From the IMG/VR virus record IMGVR_UViG_2703719355_000003: a stretch of DNA of 12,404 nt. One strand, given 5' to 3'. Source of the stretch: a virus (Duplodnaviria; Heunggongvirae; Uroviricota; Caudoviricetes). Both the position numbers and the translations under genes were made by a program. Of this stretch, positions 1 through 7,954 are shown piece after piece; the first letter of the stretch is position 1; the number at the start of each line of letters is the position of its first letter. The notes beneath the pieces are model-generated. The model made no database searches. It had not been told where the DNA came from and saw nothing but the letters and a program-made list of their open reading frames with translations.

Positions 1-437
1 CCAGATGATAATTGCAGTGCAATAGTCCCTGCTTGGGGATTTATTGAATATGCCCCCCATCCATCATTCTGCACAAAAACATAAGATTTTTTGTCTGGTG
101 ACCAAATGCGTGTTTCGTTAGTGTCCTGATCACATCTTTCTAAACCAAGATTTTCGAGAGCCGTTTTCACCGTGCCATCCGATTTGATATCACCAAACGG
201 ATTCTTGCGGCTTAACAGCAGCGTGCGAAGCGCGGTAAGTAGCTGGTTGTGCCGCCCCTTCTCCAGGCTGGCACCGGAAGCCTCCACCACGCTGCAAAGT
301 TCCTCCTGCAACATGTCAAAGTAGTCATCATCCAGATCGGTGGCAGGTGTGCCGGTCTGGGGGTTACCACGGGTAAAACCGTTCTTACCCGCGCCGAACT
401 TATCCTTCTGCGCGGTTTTCGTGTCTATACGATGCAT
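1..437 (-). CDS. Tail fibre protein, N-terminal part (Mu S-like); 5' partial, continues left of window
   Basis: ATG at 437..435, 4 bp after the stop of the upstream gene; my translation reads [67 protein letters not shown]..., which I recognise from memory as the conserved N-terminal domain of enterobacterial Mu/P2-type tail fibres. Frame is open to position 1. Confidence 0.7.
   Translation of the reverse strand, partial: MHRIDTKTAQKDKFGAGKNGFTRGNPQTGTPATDLDDDYFDMLQEELCSVVEASGASLEKGRHNQLLTALRTLLLSRKNPFGDIKSDGTVKTALENLGLERCDQDTNETRIWSPDKKSYVFVQNDGWGAYSINPQAGTIALQLSS
135..160. other. Candidate Gin/Hin/Pin-family invertase crossover site (gix/hix-like) inside the tail-fibre gene
   Basis: TCTTTCTAAACC-AA-GATTTTCGAGAG: two imperfect inverted 12-mers around a 2-bp core; about 8/12 matches per half-site to the gix half-site TTCCTGTAAACC as I recall it. 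Coincides with a GC drop to the left (~41% counted over 1-120). Confidence 0.3.
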
Positions 438-440
438 GGA

Positions 441-1025
441 TTACTCCGGATATTTAAAAATTACGTAGGTATGCGAAGGGCAGAGTTTGTTAAGTACACA
501 CTCGACAACGGTGTTGCCCCAGATACGCAGCGCGGAATCACAGGGATCACCACATGTCATCCAGGTGGTGTTGGTGGCAGCTGGCATGTTGACCTGCCAG
601 TAATACCGCCATTCCGGCGCATTCACTGCGTCAGTACAGGCCGATGAGCAGGTGAACGTGCTTTTATCGTATCGCGTGATGGTGGCGTCTGGTCTGCCCA
701 GGGCAGCAAGCTGTGCAAGGTAAAAATCCTCATTGATGCCGCCCGCCAGATTAACCTTCGCATCCAGCCGTTGCTGACGCTGGCGAAGGGTCTGCGTTCC
801 CGCCGGAATACATTCATCCGGCAGGCCGCACAGACGCTCCCAGCGGTTTATCAGTTCAGTGGTAGTGCGCGGATCCAGCTCCCGCATCAGGGCATCCGCA
901 CGCTGATGAACGCGGGTTAATGACGGTGCCGCACCGGCAATCGCCGGATCGCTGGCTGACCACGCCGGACCGGGGGGCAACAGTGCCGACAACAGACGGA
1001 TGTAATCATCGTTTGTCACGTCCAT
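441..1025 (-). CDS. Baseplate/tail protein, Mu gp48 (R)-like (DUF2313/YmfQ-type, from memory)
   Basis: 194-aa ORF; position between the baseplate J-like gene and the tail fibre; overlaps the upstream gene by 10 bp; N-terminus ...[15 protein letters not shown]... resembles what I recall for this family. Confidence 0.6.
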   Translation of the reverse strand: MDVTNDDYIRLLSALLPPGPAWSASDPAIAGAAPSLTRVHQRADALMRELDPRTTTELINRWERLCGLPDECIPAGTQTLRQRQQRLDAKVNLAGGINEDFYLAQLAALGRPDATITRYDKSTFTCSSACTDAVNAPEWRYYWQVNMPAATNTTWMTCGDPCDSALRIWGNTVVECVLNKLCPSHTYVIFKYPE

Positions 1026-2074
1026 GAAATCGTCCCCAGAACCGCCAGTTCATTTTTTGCAATGGAGATATTGTCCGCCGGAGCAAGCAACTGATGGCTG
1101 TATTCCCCGTTCGCACCGGAAATCGCTTCACTGATACGCGATACCTTCAGCTCTCCCTGCGGATAACCATCACGCAGCAGGAATGAACGCAACTCCGCGG
1201 TGATGGCAGCCCGTATTTCCGGTGTGTCCGGCGTCACGCGGATATGAAAATCCACTTTGTGCGCCACCGGCCTGAATACATACAAATCAGAGCCTGCCAC
1301 CGGGGCCAGTGGCTCGATATGTTGTCTTGCCGCCGTTTCCGTTGATTCTTCCGGAATGGGATTAATCAGGTCACTGCTGGCAATCATCACACCGACAGTT
1401 CCCGTTCCCATCCAGTGACGGTATGTCCATGCGCGGGTAATGCCGGGCACTTCTTTAGCCCAGACGACATAGTCCCCGTCAGCCCCGCCCTGCGGCGTCC
1501 AGTAATACCGCTCAATGACGCGGGCGCGCCACGTTTCCAGCTCTTCAGTATCAAATCCACCTGTCAGGGTATCTGCCTCGCCGGAAGACGGCAGACCATT
1601 CACCGGCGTGACCAGGATTAATGACGTACCGTCGTCAGCGTTACCGACCGCGCCTGCACTTGAGCAGGCGATCGGCACGCGCAGGACACCACCGGTGCTG
1701 GTTGCATCGGCAGTTGCCGTGTACTGAACCAGGTCATCGCGCTGAATAACACTTCCGGCGGTCACCTTCAGGCCATCGCTGACACCTTCCCAGCGCATAT
1801 ACCCGCTGGCAGCCGTGGCCCCCTTGCGCGGACACCGTTTCATCGCAGCATGTCGCGCCAGCCAGGACTCATCGCACAGGTCAGGCAGCATGTTCATTGC
1901 CAGATAATCGATGTAACCGTAAACCGTATGCAGCGCCGCCGCATACACCTTTGCCCGCACGTCTTCATCCATGCGCCGGAGCGTGTCGCTGACGTCCAGC
2001 CTGGCGAATAAATCGTTACGGAGCATACTGATATTTTCTGCCAGCGTCGGGCGCTGAAATTCACTGTCCGCCAT
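1016..2074 (-). CDS. Baseplate J-like protein (Mu gp47/W-like)
   Basis: 352-aa ORF; synteny; size typical of baseplate J-family wedge proteins; overlapping start/stop with neighbours. Confidence 0.75.
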   Translation of the reverse strand: MADSEFQRPTLAENISMLRNDLFARLDVSDTLRRMDEDVRAKVYAAALHTVYGYIDYLAMNMLPDLCDESWLARHAAMKRCPRKGATAASGYMRWEGVSDGLKVTAGSVIQRDDLVQYTATADATSTGGVLRVPIACSSAGAVGNADDGTSLILVTPVNGLPSSGEADTLTGGFDTEELETWRARVIERYYWTPQGGADGDYVVWAKEVPGITRAWTYRHWMGTGTVGVMIASSDLINPIPEESTETAARQHIEPLAPVAGSDLYVFRPVAHKVDFHIRVTPDTPEIRAAITAELRSFLLRDGYPQGELKVSRISEAISGANGEYSHQLLAPADNISIAKNELAVLGTISWT

Positions 2075-2489
2075 GCGTTATCGCACTCCACAGATCATCA
2101 AAAGAAATCATTACCGGTCCGTCACGACGCCAGAGAGTGATACTGTTACCCAGTTCATTAATCCCGGTGCGGCGGATATCCAGATCAATACGGGACACCA
2201 CGCCGTCATCAATCATCCATTGCAGGCATTCGCGGATATACCCCCTTACCGTCTGCACCAGCTGATTGGTCAGTTTGCTGCGCTGAAGCAGCCACAGTCG
2301 GGAGCCGTAACGGTCATTCTGTACCGCAGGCCAGGTATCCCCCCACCATCCCATCGGGACGTCGGCATTATCATCAGGCTCCGCCCGCCGCCAGGTGAAC
2401 AGGGAAATCACCACGGCGCGGGTCAGCGGATCCAGCGGTGCGCTGGCGCAGGTGCGTTTACCGTTCACCGTCAGCCACAGTTCCATCAT
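2061..2489 (-). CDS. Baseplate protein, Mu gp46 (V)-like (GP46 family)
   Basis: 142-aa ORF; synteny between the V-spike-like and J-like genes; 4-bp overlap with the upstream gene. Confidence 0.65.
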   Translation of the reverse strand: MMELWLTVNGKRTCASAPLDPLTRAVVISLFTWRRAEPDDNADVPMGWWGDTWPAVQNDRYGSRLWLLQRSKLTNQLVQTVRGYIRECLQWMIDDGVVSRIDLDIRRTGINELGNSITLWRRDGPVMISFDDLWSAITHGGQ

Positions 2490-3034
2490 GCCTCCATCGC
2501 TTTATCCGGTTTGTCGGTGTTACTGCCCTGACCGTTCTCTCTGTGACGATGGCCGTTATAGGCAAGCCGCATCGCTGACATGGTGGTGCCGCCGGAGTCG
2601 CACAGGTCTTTCACCTGTCCGGTCACTTCCAGGTCCATTTCAAAACGCGCTTTAGGTGAATTGCGAAACGTGATTGTTTTACCTGCACCGTCCACCACGA
2701 TCCCCTCTCGGGTCAGCGTCACGGACTGCCCCTGATCGTCATAGACAGCCACCTCACCCGTCTGCAGCCCTTTCAGGCGGTAGCGCCGGTCCGACACCGT
2801 AACAACCACCGCATGAGAACGGTCGCCATCCGGAAACAACACCACCGCTTCCGCACCGCTGTTTGCCCTTGCGGTAAAACCGTAGGGTTCAAGATGTTCA
2901 ACCCCGGCTTTGGGTTCACCGGCAATCAGGGACACATCCACGGTCTGACATTTCGTGGCGGCACTGATGCTTTTCACCACGGCCCGCCCAATCAGGCCGA
3001 GGAGTTGTCGCTGCATGGCTTCAATCGTCCTCAT
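2486..3034 (-). CDS. Baseplate assembly/spike protein V-like (Mu gp45/Q-like)
   Basis: 182-aa ORF; starts ATGAGG, sharing TGATG with the upstream stop, with AGGAGG just upstream; synteny. Confidence 0.7.
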   Translation of the reverse strand: MRTIEAMQRQLLGLIGRAVVKSISAATKCQTVDVSLIAGEPKAGVEHLEPYGFTARANSGAEAVVLFPDGDRSHAVVVTVSDRRYRLKGLQTGEVAVYDDQGQSVTLTREGIVVDGAGKTITFRNSPKARFEMDLEVTGQVKDLCDSGGTTMSAMRLAYNGHRHRENGQGSNTDKPDKAMEA

Positions 3035-4113
3035 CAGAACGGGTCCTCCTGTACTCTGGCTTTTTTCTTTTTCCGCGCGCCGGGGACTTCGGGTTCAGGC
3101 AGATAAGCATCAGGTGGGCCGACACGGATTTCCGTCAGGGTGCCGTTCTGGTCCTGAGTAAACGTGACTTCCGAAACAAGCAGTTCGGTATTGTCGAAAC
3201 CACAGACCGGATCAAAGACAATCACCCGCTGGTTGGGCTGCCACAGCGTACCGTTACCCTGTCGCCAGCCCTGCACCACATAGGTGGTTTCATCCGTCCG
3301 CGCCGCCCGTTGTCTGGCTTCAAAGTCCGCACGGGCAATACAGCCTGCCCCCGTAGCCTGCCCTGTCTGCCTGATATACATCGGACGGTAACGGGCAATA
3401 AATGCGTCCTCTGTGCGGGCCCGCAGCGCGGTGGTGGTGGCCTCACCGAAATCATCGTCGTTTCCGGCACGCTGCCCCGCCACCTGGTAAACAGAAAACC
3501 GCTCCCGGATACTCTTCTCCGTATCGCAGGAAAGGATGTTTTCCCCGAGTACCAGCGCAGTATGTGCCCGCGTTGAGCCAATACCGCCAATCACCAGCCT
3601 GCCGTGCGGGTCGTCGTAAGCCAGTGCCTGCTGCTGACCGAGTATTTTGTTGATTACCTCAATCACCGTTTCACCGTGATCAGGCTGAACATCAGGAATA
3701 ACACCCGACGGCGCACCGCTGTTCACCACCTCAATGCCGAAAGGCGCAGCAAGCGCCTGCGCAATCTGCACCAGCGAGCGTCCGTTAAACTGTGTCGGTT
3801 CGGCTGCACAGTCAATCAGGTCAGCCGTCAGACTACGTCCGGCAATACCGGTGCTGACCGAACGGGCATCGTAACGAACGGGAGTCGCCTCCACCCAGCC
3901 GGTGATCACCAGCTCATCACCAATCAGCACTTCCACTTTTGAACCGTTTTTAATGCGCGGCTGAAGCGTGGTGATACCCTCATCTCCCGGCCACTGGCGA
4001 GTGATCTCCACACTGAAATCCCGCGCCAGCCGTTCAATACCGGCACCGATGCGCACCGATGTCCAGCCATTCCACTCCCGGCCATTTACCCGTAGCGTGA
4101 CATTGTCGTTCAT
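3034..4113 (-). CDS. Tail/baseplate hub protein, Mu gp44 (P)-like (P2 gpD-like)
   Basis: 359-aa ORF; ATGA overlap with the N-like gene; synteny and size close to Mu P as recalled. Confidence 0.7.
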   Translation of the reverse strand: MNDNVTLRVNGREWNGWTSVRIGAGIERLARDFSVEITRQWPGDEGITTLQPRIKNGSKVEVLIGDELVITGWVEATPVRYDARSVSTGIAGRSLTADLIDCAAEPTQFNGRSLVQIAQALAAPFGIEVVNSGAPSGVIPDVQPDHGETVIEVINKILGQQQALAYDDPHGRLVIGGIGSTRAHTALVLGENILSCDTEKSIRERFSVYQVAGQRAGNDDDFGEATTTALRARTEDAFIARYRPMYIRQTGQATGAGCIARADFEARQRAARTDETTYVVQGWRQGNGTLWQPNQRVIVFDPVCGFDNTELLVSEVTFTQDQNGTLTEIRVGPPDAYLPEPEVPGARKKKKARVQEDPF

Positions 4114-5438
4114 TGCACTGGCACCTTCAGAGGGATCACCGGCACAAAGCCGGGATGCGTAATGGCATTACGCCGGATAATGTCCGCGTCACGCGCCGCG
4201 TTATCAAACCAGGTCGCCGCCAGCACCAGCGCGGGTAAAACCTCATCCGGTGTGCGCTGAATGATCCGTGCAGACTGTTCAAGGCGCGTGTTGATATCCG
4301 CATTCAGATCTGCTTTCACCCGGCGCAGCGCCAGAAACAGCGCATCGCTGGTTGTACGGGACAACTCCTTATCAATTGCCGTATTCAGTGTGTCGCGAAT
4401 GTCAGTCAGTTCTTCCCACGTCGGCAGGTCAACCGTGTTTTTCACCGCCGGTGCATTGTTCAGTGCCGGATGCGTGACGGAAGGCCAGCCAGTGCTCTGC
4501 GCGGGTGTTGTTGCCTGCCCCACTGCGGCATTCTGCATCACCGCGGAAGTTGTTGGCGCAGGCAATCGGGTGACGGCATACGCCGCTTCGCTGATTGCGG
4601 TCGTACGAAGGGTGCTGGCAACCACGTTACGCTGCTGCGTCGCCGTGGCGGTGGTTTTACTGTCCGTTTTCCAGACGCCGCGCGGTTGCAGATCGCTGCC
4701 GAGGCTGACACCGGAAAGCGTTTTGATCATGGTGACCAGGTCGCTGGCGTTACCATAAAGGCGTTTCCCGGTACGCCACATTTTCTGCACCTGCTCAACG
4801 AAATTTTTTCCTGACGATGGCGGCGGCAGAAGTACCGAGATATCCCCCTGCAACAGCCTGGCGGCATCCGATACGGCAGAATCCACCACTTTCATCGCAT
4901 CAGAAACATACCCCAGCATTATGCTGGCATTACCGATAACGTCGTTCTGCACGAAATCCGCCACACCATCGATACTGAAACCGCTGAAGCTGTCACTGAT
5001 GCAGTCATCCAGTGCAGAACAGGATGACATCAGCGTCTGCGCCGTCGCCGCACCTGATGTGGGGTAAGAGAGTTCTCCTGCTTCGACAAACTTCAGGTCA
5101 AAGCGGACAATACGCCCTTCACTTTTCGATGTGCTGACCCGAACTTCCCCGTCAACACAGACTTTCAGCTCACCATATGTCGGGTGGACAAGCGTGCCGG
5201 GACCGGGTTTATTCAGCGCTTCAATCAGGCGATCGCGCTGGTCAAAGCAGTCATCTCCCACCACATAAGCTGTGATGGACGGGCGGAAAGTGACTTTTCC
5301 CAGATCTTCGGTATAGGGCTTGTCGCGGTTCGGATATTCGTGTGTTTCCACACGGCGACCGGTTCCCGCACTTTCTTCTTCAACCTTAAACGGTACGCCG
5401 CGAAATGACGCATCCTGAAGCCTGTCTTTCCACGTCAT
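4110..5438 (-). CDS. DNA circularisation protein N-like (Mu gp43-like)
   Basis: 442-aa ORF beginning MTWKDRLQDASFRGVPF...; GGAG 5 nt upstream of the ATG at 5438; synteny immediately downstream of the tape-measure region. Confidence 0.7.
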   Translation of the reverse strand: MTWKDRLQDASFRGVPFKVEEESAGTGRRVETHEYPNRDKPYTEDLGKVTFRPSITAYVVGDDCFDQRDRLIEALNKPGPGTLVHPTYGELKVCVDGEVRVSTSKSEGRIVRFDLKFVEAGELSYPTSGAATAQTLMSSCSALDDCISDSFSGFSIDGVADFVQNDVIGNASIMLGYVSDAMKVVDSAVSDAARLLQGDISVLLPPPSSGKNFVEQVQKMWRTGKRLYGNASDLVTMIKTLSGVSLGSDLQPRGVWKTDSKTTATATQQRNVVASTLRTTAISEAAYAVTRLPAPTTSAVMQNAAVGQATTPAQSTGWPSVTHPALNNAPAVKNTVDLPTWEELTDIRDTLNTAIDKELSRTTSDALFLALRRVKADLNADINTRLEQSARIIQRTPDEVLPALVLAATWFDNAARDADIIRRNAITHPGFVPVIPLKVPVQ

Positions 5439-5453
5439 ATAAACTCCGGATAC

Positions 5454-5508
5454 AAAAAAACCGCCAAATCTGCTTTGTCAGTTATTTACATCGCAGAAGA
5501 TGTGGCGG
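5454..5508 (-). terminator. Rho-independent terminator downstream of the moron gene
   Basis: On the minus strand, an imperfect GC-rich hairpin (CCCGCCACATCTTCTGCG ... GCAGATTTGGCGG; + coords 5461-5508) is followed directly by TTTTTTT (+ coords 5454-5460). It lies 21 bp after the moron stop and 16 bp before the N-like start. Confidence 0.55.
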
Positions 5509-5528
5509 GAATCTAATATTTTTAATTA

Positions 5529-5978
5529 CTATCTGAGTTGAACATCAATGGAATAAACATCACCACTCTTTATAAATTTAGAATCTGTCCTTTCATCAAA
5601 AGATTCAAATGACTGTACCTTTAAAAACTTTTTCATTTTATTTTCAAAAATACTTTCATTAACACCAGTTAAATACTTGAACGCTCTACCAGTAAGGACC
5701 TCATTACTTAAATCCATTGTGTTTTTATTGTCTTTGAAAAACCAAACAATAACCTTTTGTGGGCATGATGGATTATAAACAGATATATAAAACTGCGGCT
5801 CATATTTTTCATCAGCGTCATCACTAAGCATTTCTTCAGAAGATAATTCTCTTCTGAATTCATATTGCCGCTTAGTTATTCCTTCATCCTTTATTATCTC
5901 TTGCTTAACTGGTGCAATACCTATAGAAGAGATTAATTCTGACTCATTAAAGCTGAACTTACACTCTTCCGCAGCCAA
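5529..5978 (-). CDS. Hypothetical low-GC protein (moron); likely secreted; 5' end frameshifted. As given, the ORF has only a TTG start and no RBS; the probable true start is the ATG at 6022 in another frame
   Basis: 149-aa ORF in strongly AT-rich DNA. The in-frame upstream sequence encodes ...FFISALLSFNLAA-EEC (signal-peptide-like with an AXA-type cleavage motif) but has no ATG. The ATG at 6022, with GAAGGG 6 nt upstream, is in a different frame and terminates at 5933. One extra T in the T7 run (+ strand A7, 6003-6009) would fuse them into MRIFVFFISALLSFNLAAEECKF... (about 164 aa). No motif I can assign. Confidence 0.55.
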   Translation of the reverse strand: MAAEECKFSFNESELISSIGIAPVKQEIIKDEGITKRQYEFRRELSSEEMLSDDADEKYEPQFYISVYNPSCPQKVIVWFFKDNKNTMDLSNEVLTGRAFKYLTGVNESIFENKMKKFLKVQSFESFDERTDSKFIKSGDVYSIDVQLR

Positions 5979-6022
5979 GTTAAAAGATAAAAGTGCAGAT
6001 ATAAAAAAACAAAGATACGCAT
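5933..6022 (-). pseudogene. Out-of-frame 5' fragment (signal-peptide region) of the moron gene, 29 codons
   Basis: ATG 6022 with RBS-like GAAGGG; hydrophobic MRIFVFLYLHFYLLTWLRK...; frame diverges from the main ORF at the A7/T7 tract 6003-6009. Confidence 0.4.
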
Positions 6023-6052
6023 AATCATCCCTTCAATCATTTGTAAGGAATG

Positions 6053-6082
6053 ATTATATTAACTACTTAAAGCTGAAAACCC
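6053..6082 (-). promoter_or_regulatory. Candidate sigma70-type promoter for the moron gene
   Basis: Perfect TATAAT on the minus strand (+ coords 6053-6058), 30 nt upstream of the ATG at 6022; the -35 is weak (TTTTCA-like); AT-rich upstream. Located in the gap after the tape-measure stop. Confidence 0.3.
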
Positions 6083-6121
6083 AAATTATGCCAGACAAAA
6101 ACACATTAATCATTTTGTACA

Positions 6122-7954
6122 CTACCTGAACCGCGTATAGCCAACATCATGGCTGACATCAAAACCGCTGGATCGCGTTTCCATAACCCGCATACCCGGA
6201 GGCGAATTCACAAAAGAGACCTTGATCTCACCATCAACTTTTGGCGCAGAAGCTTTGTTAATCATGAAGGGATTCGGGCCTGTGGCATCGGAGGCGTTGT
6301 TTGACTGAGCCGGATCTACCGCCGGATAAGGTGTGTATCCCCGTGCCGGTATTCCCGTCCCATAAGCATCATAAGCACCCGCCCCCCACTGCGCCGAGTT
6401 AATGGCATCGACCGTGTCACCGGAACTGTCGGTAAACCACTCAATAATTGGCTTCAGCTTGTCCCACATATCCTGAAACCACTTAACAACCGGCCCCCAG
6501 TTATTGATCACCATCCCCAGCGGCGACCAGGCAAAAACTTTCTTAAGGAGTTCCCAGCCAGTCTCAAAATAAGGACCAATGGTTTCCCAGAGTTTCTTAA
6601 AATAAGGTCCGACAACATCCCAGTTAGTGATAATTAATCCCGCAGCCAGGGCTATCGCCGTCGCAATCATGCCAATCGGCGTCATCGACATGAGCCTGCT
6701 GACAATACTGATGGCACTGCCAACGCCCATCAATCCCAGTTTCAGAATCGCAAGACCGGCAGCAAGCCCGACGACGCCGCGAATAACCCGGGGATTTTCA
6801 TCCGCAAACTTCGTGAATTTTTCCCCCAACTCCCCCAGCCATTGCGTGATATTTTTGGCGTCACCAGAAAATGCGCCGCCAATAGCCGCAAGGCCGTTAG
6901 TTGCGGTCCCCGTCATTGCCTCCCACAGGTTGGACAGCGTACCAAGCTGGGCCTGAACACGTTTATTCAGGCTGGCCTGTTTATTCATCTTCTGCTGGAT
7001 CTGATCGTAGCCATCCTTTCCTTTATCGATTAGTGCATTGACCACCTGAAGGGTTTCGGCATCATCACCAAATATTGCCTTAAGTACACCTGTCCGCTTA
7101 ACGTCGGTCAGTTTTCGCAGCTTTGCCAGTTGCCTGAACATGTTATCAAGACCGCCAAAACTTCCTTTGCCGTCAGTAAAATCGAGCTGTACCCCGAGTT
7201 TCTGGCGGGCCATGATTTTATTGACGTCCCTGATTTTCTTAACGCTTAATCCGGACTGGATAACTTTTCGCAGGGCATTACCTGCCGACTCCCCGTTCAT
7301 CCCCATCTGATCCATCATGACGCTGATGGGGGCAAGGCTCTGTGCAGCCTGAAGACCGTCCTTGTTCACCATCTTCAGAACAGAACTGGTTTTAGTGAAG
7401 AAGGACAACATGTTGGTATCGTCAACGCCCAGATAAAACGCCTTCTGGATAGTGTCGAACAGCCCCATCATGTCTTCTGACGCCGTTCCGGTAGCATCCT
7501 GCATCTTTGCAGCAAACTCAGCAGCCGCTTCCGGTGTTTTTTTCAGTTGTACCGCAAGATAAGCTGTCGCTTTACCCACACCGCCAAGAATGTTTTCTGC
7601 CGGGATCCCCTGACGCACCAGCATCTGCATCATGTTCTGGAAATCAGCCGTTGTACCGGGAAGCTGGTTACCCAGGCCAATAGCCAGTTTATTGATGTCC
7701 TGAAAGCGCTTTCCAACCTCGCCATTCGCATCCATCATGGCGACTTTCAGCCCGGTGGCGGCGTTTTCCTGATCGGCATAAGATTTCAGGGAAAGCGTCA
7801 GACCCGCTGCCAGTCCGCCACCAAGCGCCAGCCCACCCTGTGACGCTTCTTCCGCCTGGCGTTTAAATCCCCGTATTTTCTTTTGCATTTTCGACAGCGC
7901 GGGAGAAAGCCTGTCGACACCGGTGATCAACGCCTTAAGCTCAAATTCAGCCAT
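6122..7954 (-). CDS. Tail tape measure protein (Mu gp42/Y-like)
   Basis: 610-aa ORF directly downstream of the tube and chaperone genes; Gly/Ala-rich with a long hydrophobic segment (...VVGLAAGLAILKLGLMGVGSAISIVSRLMSMTPIGMIATAIALAAGLIITNW...) typical of tape-measure proteins; GGAG upstream of the start. Confidence 0.85.
   Translation of the reverse strand: MAEFELKALITGVDRLSPALSKMQKKIRGFKRQAEEASQGGLALGGGLAAGLTLSLKSYADQENAATGLKVAMMDANGEVGKRFQDINKLAIGLGNQLPGTTADFQNMMQMLVRQGIPAENILGGVGKATAYLAVQLKKTPEAAAEFAAKMQDATGTASEDMMGLFDTIQKAFYLGVDDTNMLSFFTKTSSVLKMVNKDGLQAAQSLAPISVMMDQMGMNGESAGNALRKVIQSGLSVKKIRDVNKIMARQKLGVQLDFTDGKGSFGGLDNMFRQLAKLRKLTDVKRTGVLKAIFGDDAETLQVVNALIDKGKDGYDQIQQKMNKQASLNKRVQAQLGTLSNLWEAMTGTATNGLAAIGGAFSGDAKNITQWLGELGEKFTKFADENPRVIRGVVGLAAGLAILKLGLMGVGSAISIVSRLMSMTPIGMIATAIALAAGLIITNWDVVGPYFKKLWETIGPYFETGWELLKKVFAWSPLGMVINNWGPVVKWFQDMWDKLKPIIEWFTDSSGDTVDAINSAQWGAGAYDAYGTGIPARGYTPYPAVDPAQSNNASDATGPNPFMINKASAPKVDGEIKVSFVNSPPGMRVMETRSSGFDVSHDVGYTRFR

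Noticed and set aside
249-647. 132-aa plus-strand ORF, and similar plus-strand ORFs throughout the track (e.g. 2073-2531, 2813-3106, 3604-3942, 4261-4758, 6627-6956, 8994-9410, 10404-10994, 11084-11467, 11454-11846)
   Set aside because: All lie antisense to longer, syntenic, translationally coupled minus-strand phage genes in GC-rich DNA where stop codons are rare; they have no RBS context or operon logic and their translations are Arg/Pro/Gly-rich nonsense typical of antisense frames.
623-817. Minus-strand ORFs nested in alternative frames of real genes (623-817, 1894-2091, 3222-3590, 5225-5413, 9200-9391, 9494-9694, 10960-11151, 11534-11719)
   Set aside because: Each is fully contained within, or heavily overlaps, a longer same-strand gene in another frame; they are frame artefacts of GC-rich coding DNA.
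3050-3075. A/T-rich run (TTTTTTCTTTTTCC) near the 3' end of the P-like gene as a second slippery or phase-variable tract
   Set aside because: It encodes an in-frame lysine-rich C-terminus (…RKKKKARVQEDPF) that reads straight through to a stop overlapping the next start codon; no alternative open frame continues from it.
5976-5978. TTG as the genuine start of the 149-aa moron ORF, giving a cytoplasmic protein
   Set aside because: There is no Shine-Dalgarno sequence upstream of the TTG, and the in-frame upstream codons encode a signal-peptide core and cleavage motif that would be pointless if untranslated; the frameshifted ATG-initiated form is more parsimonious.
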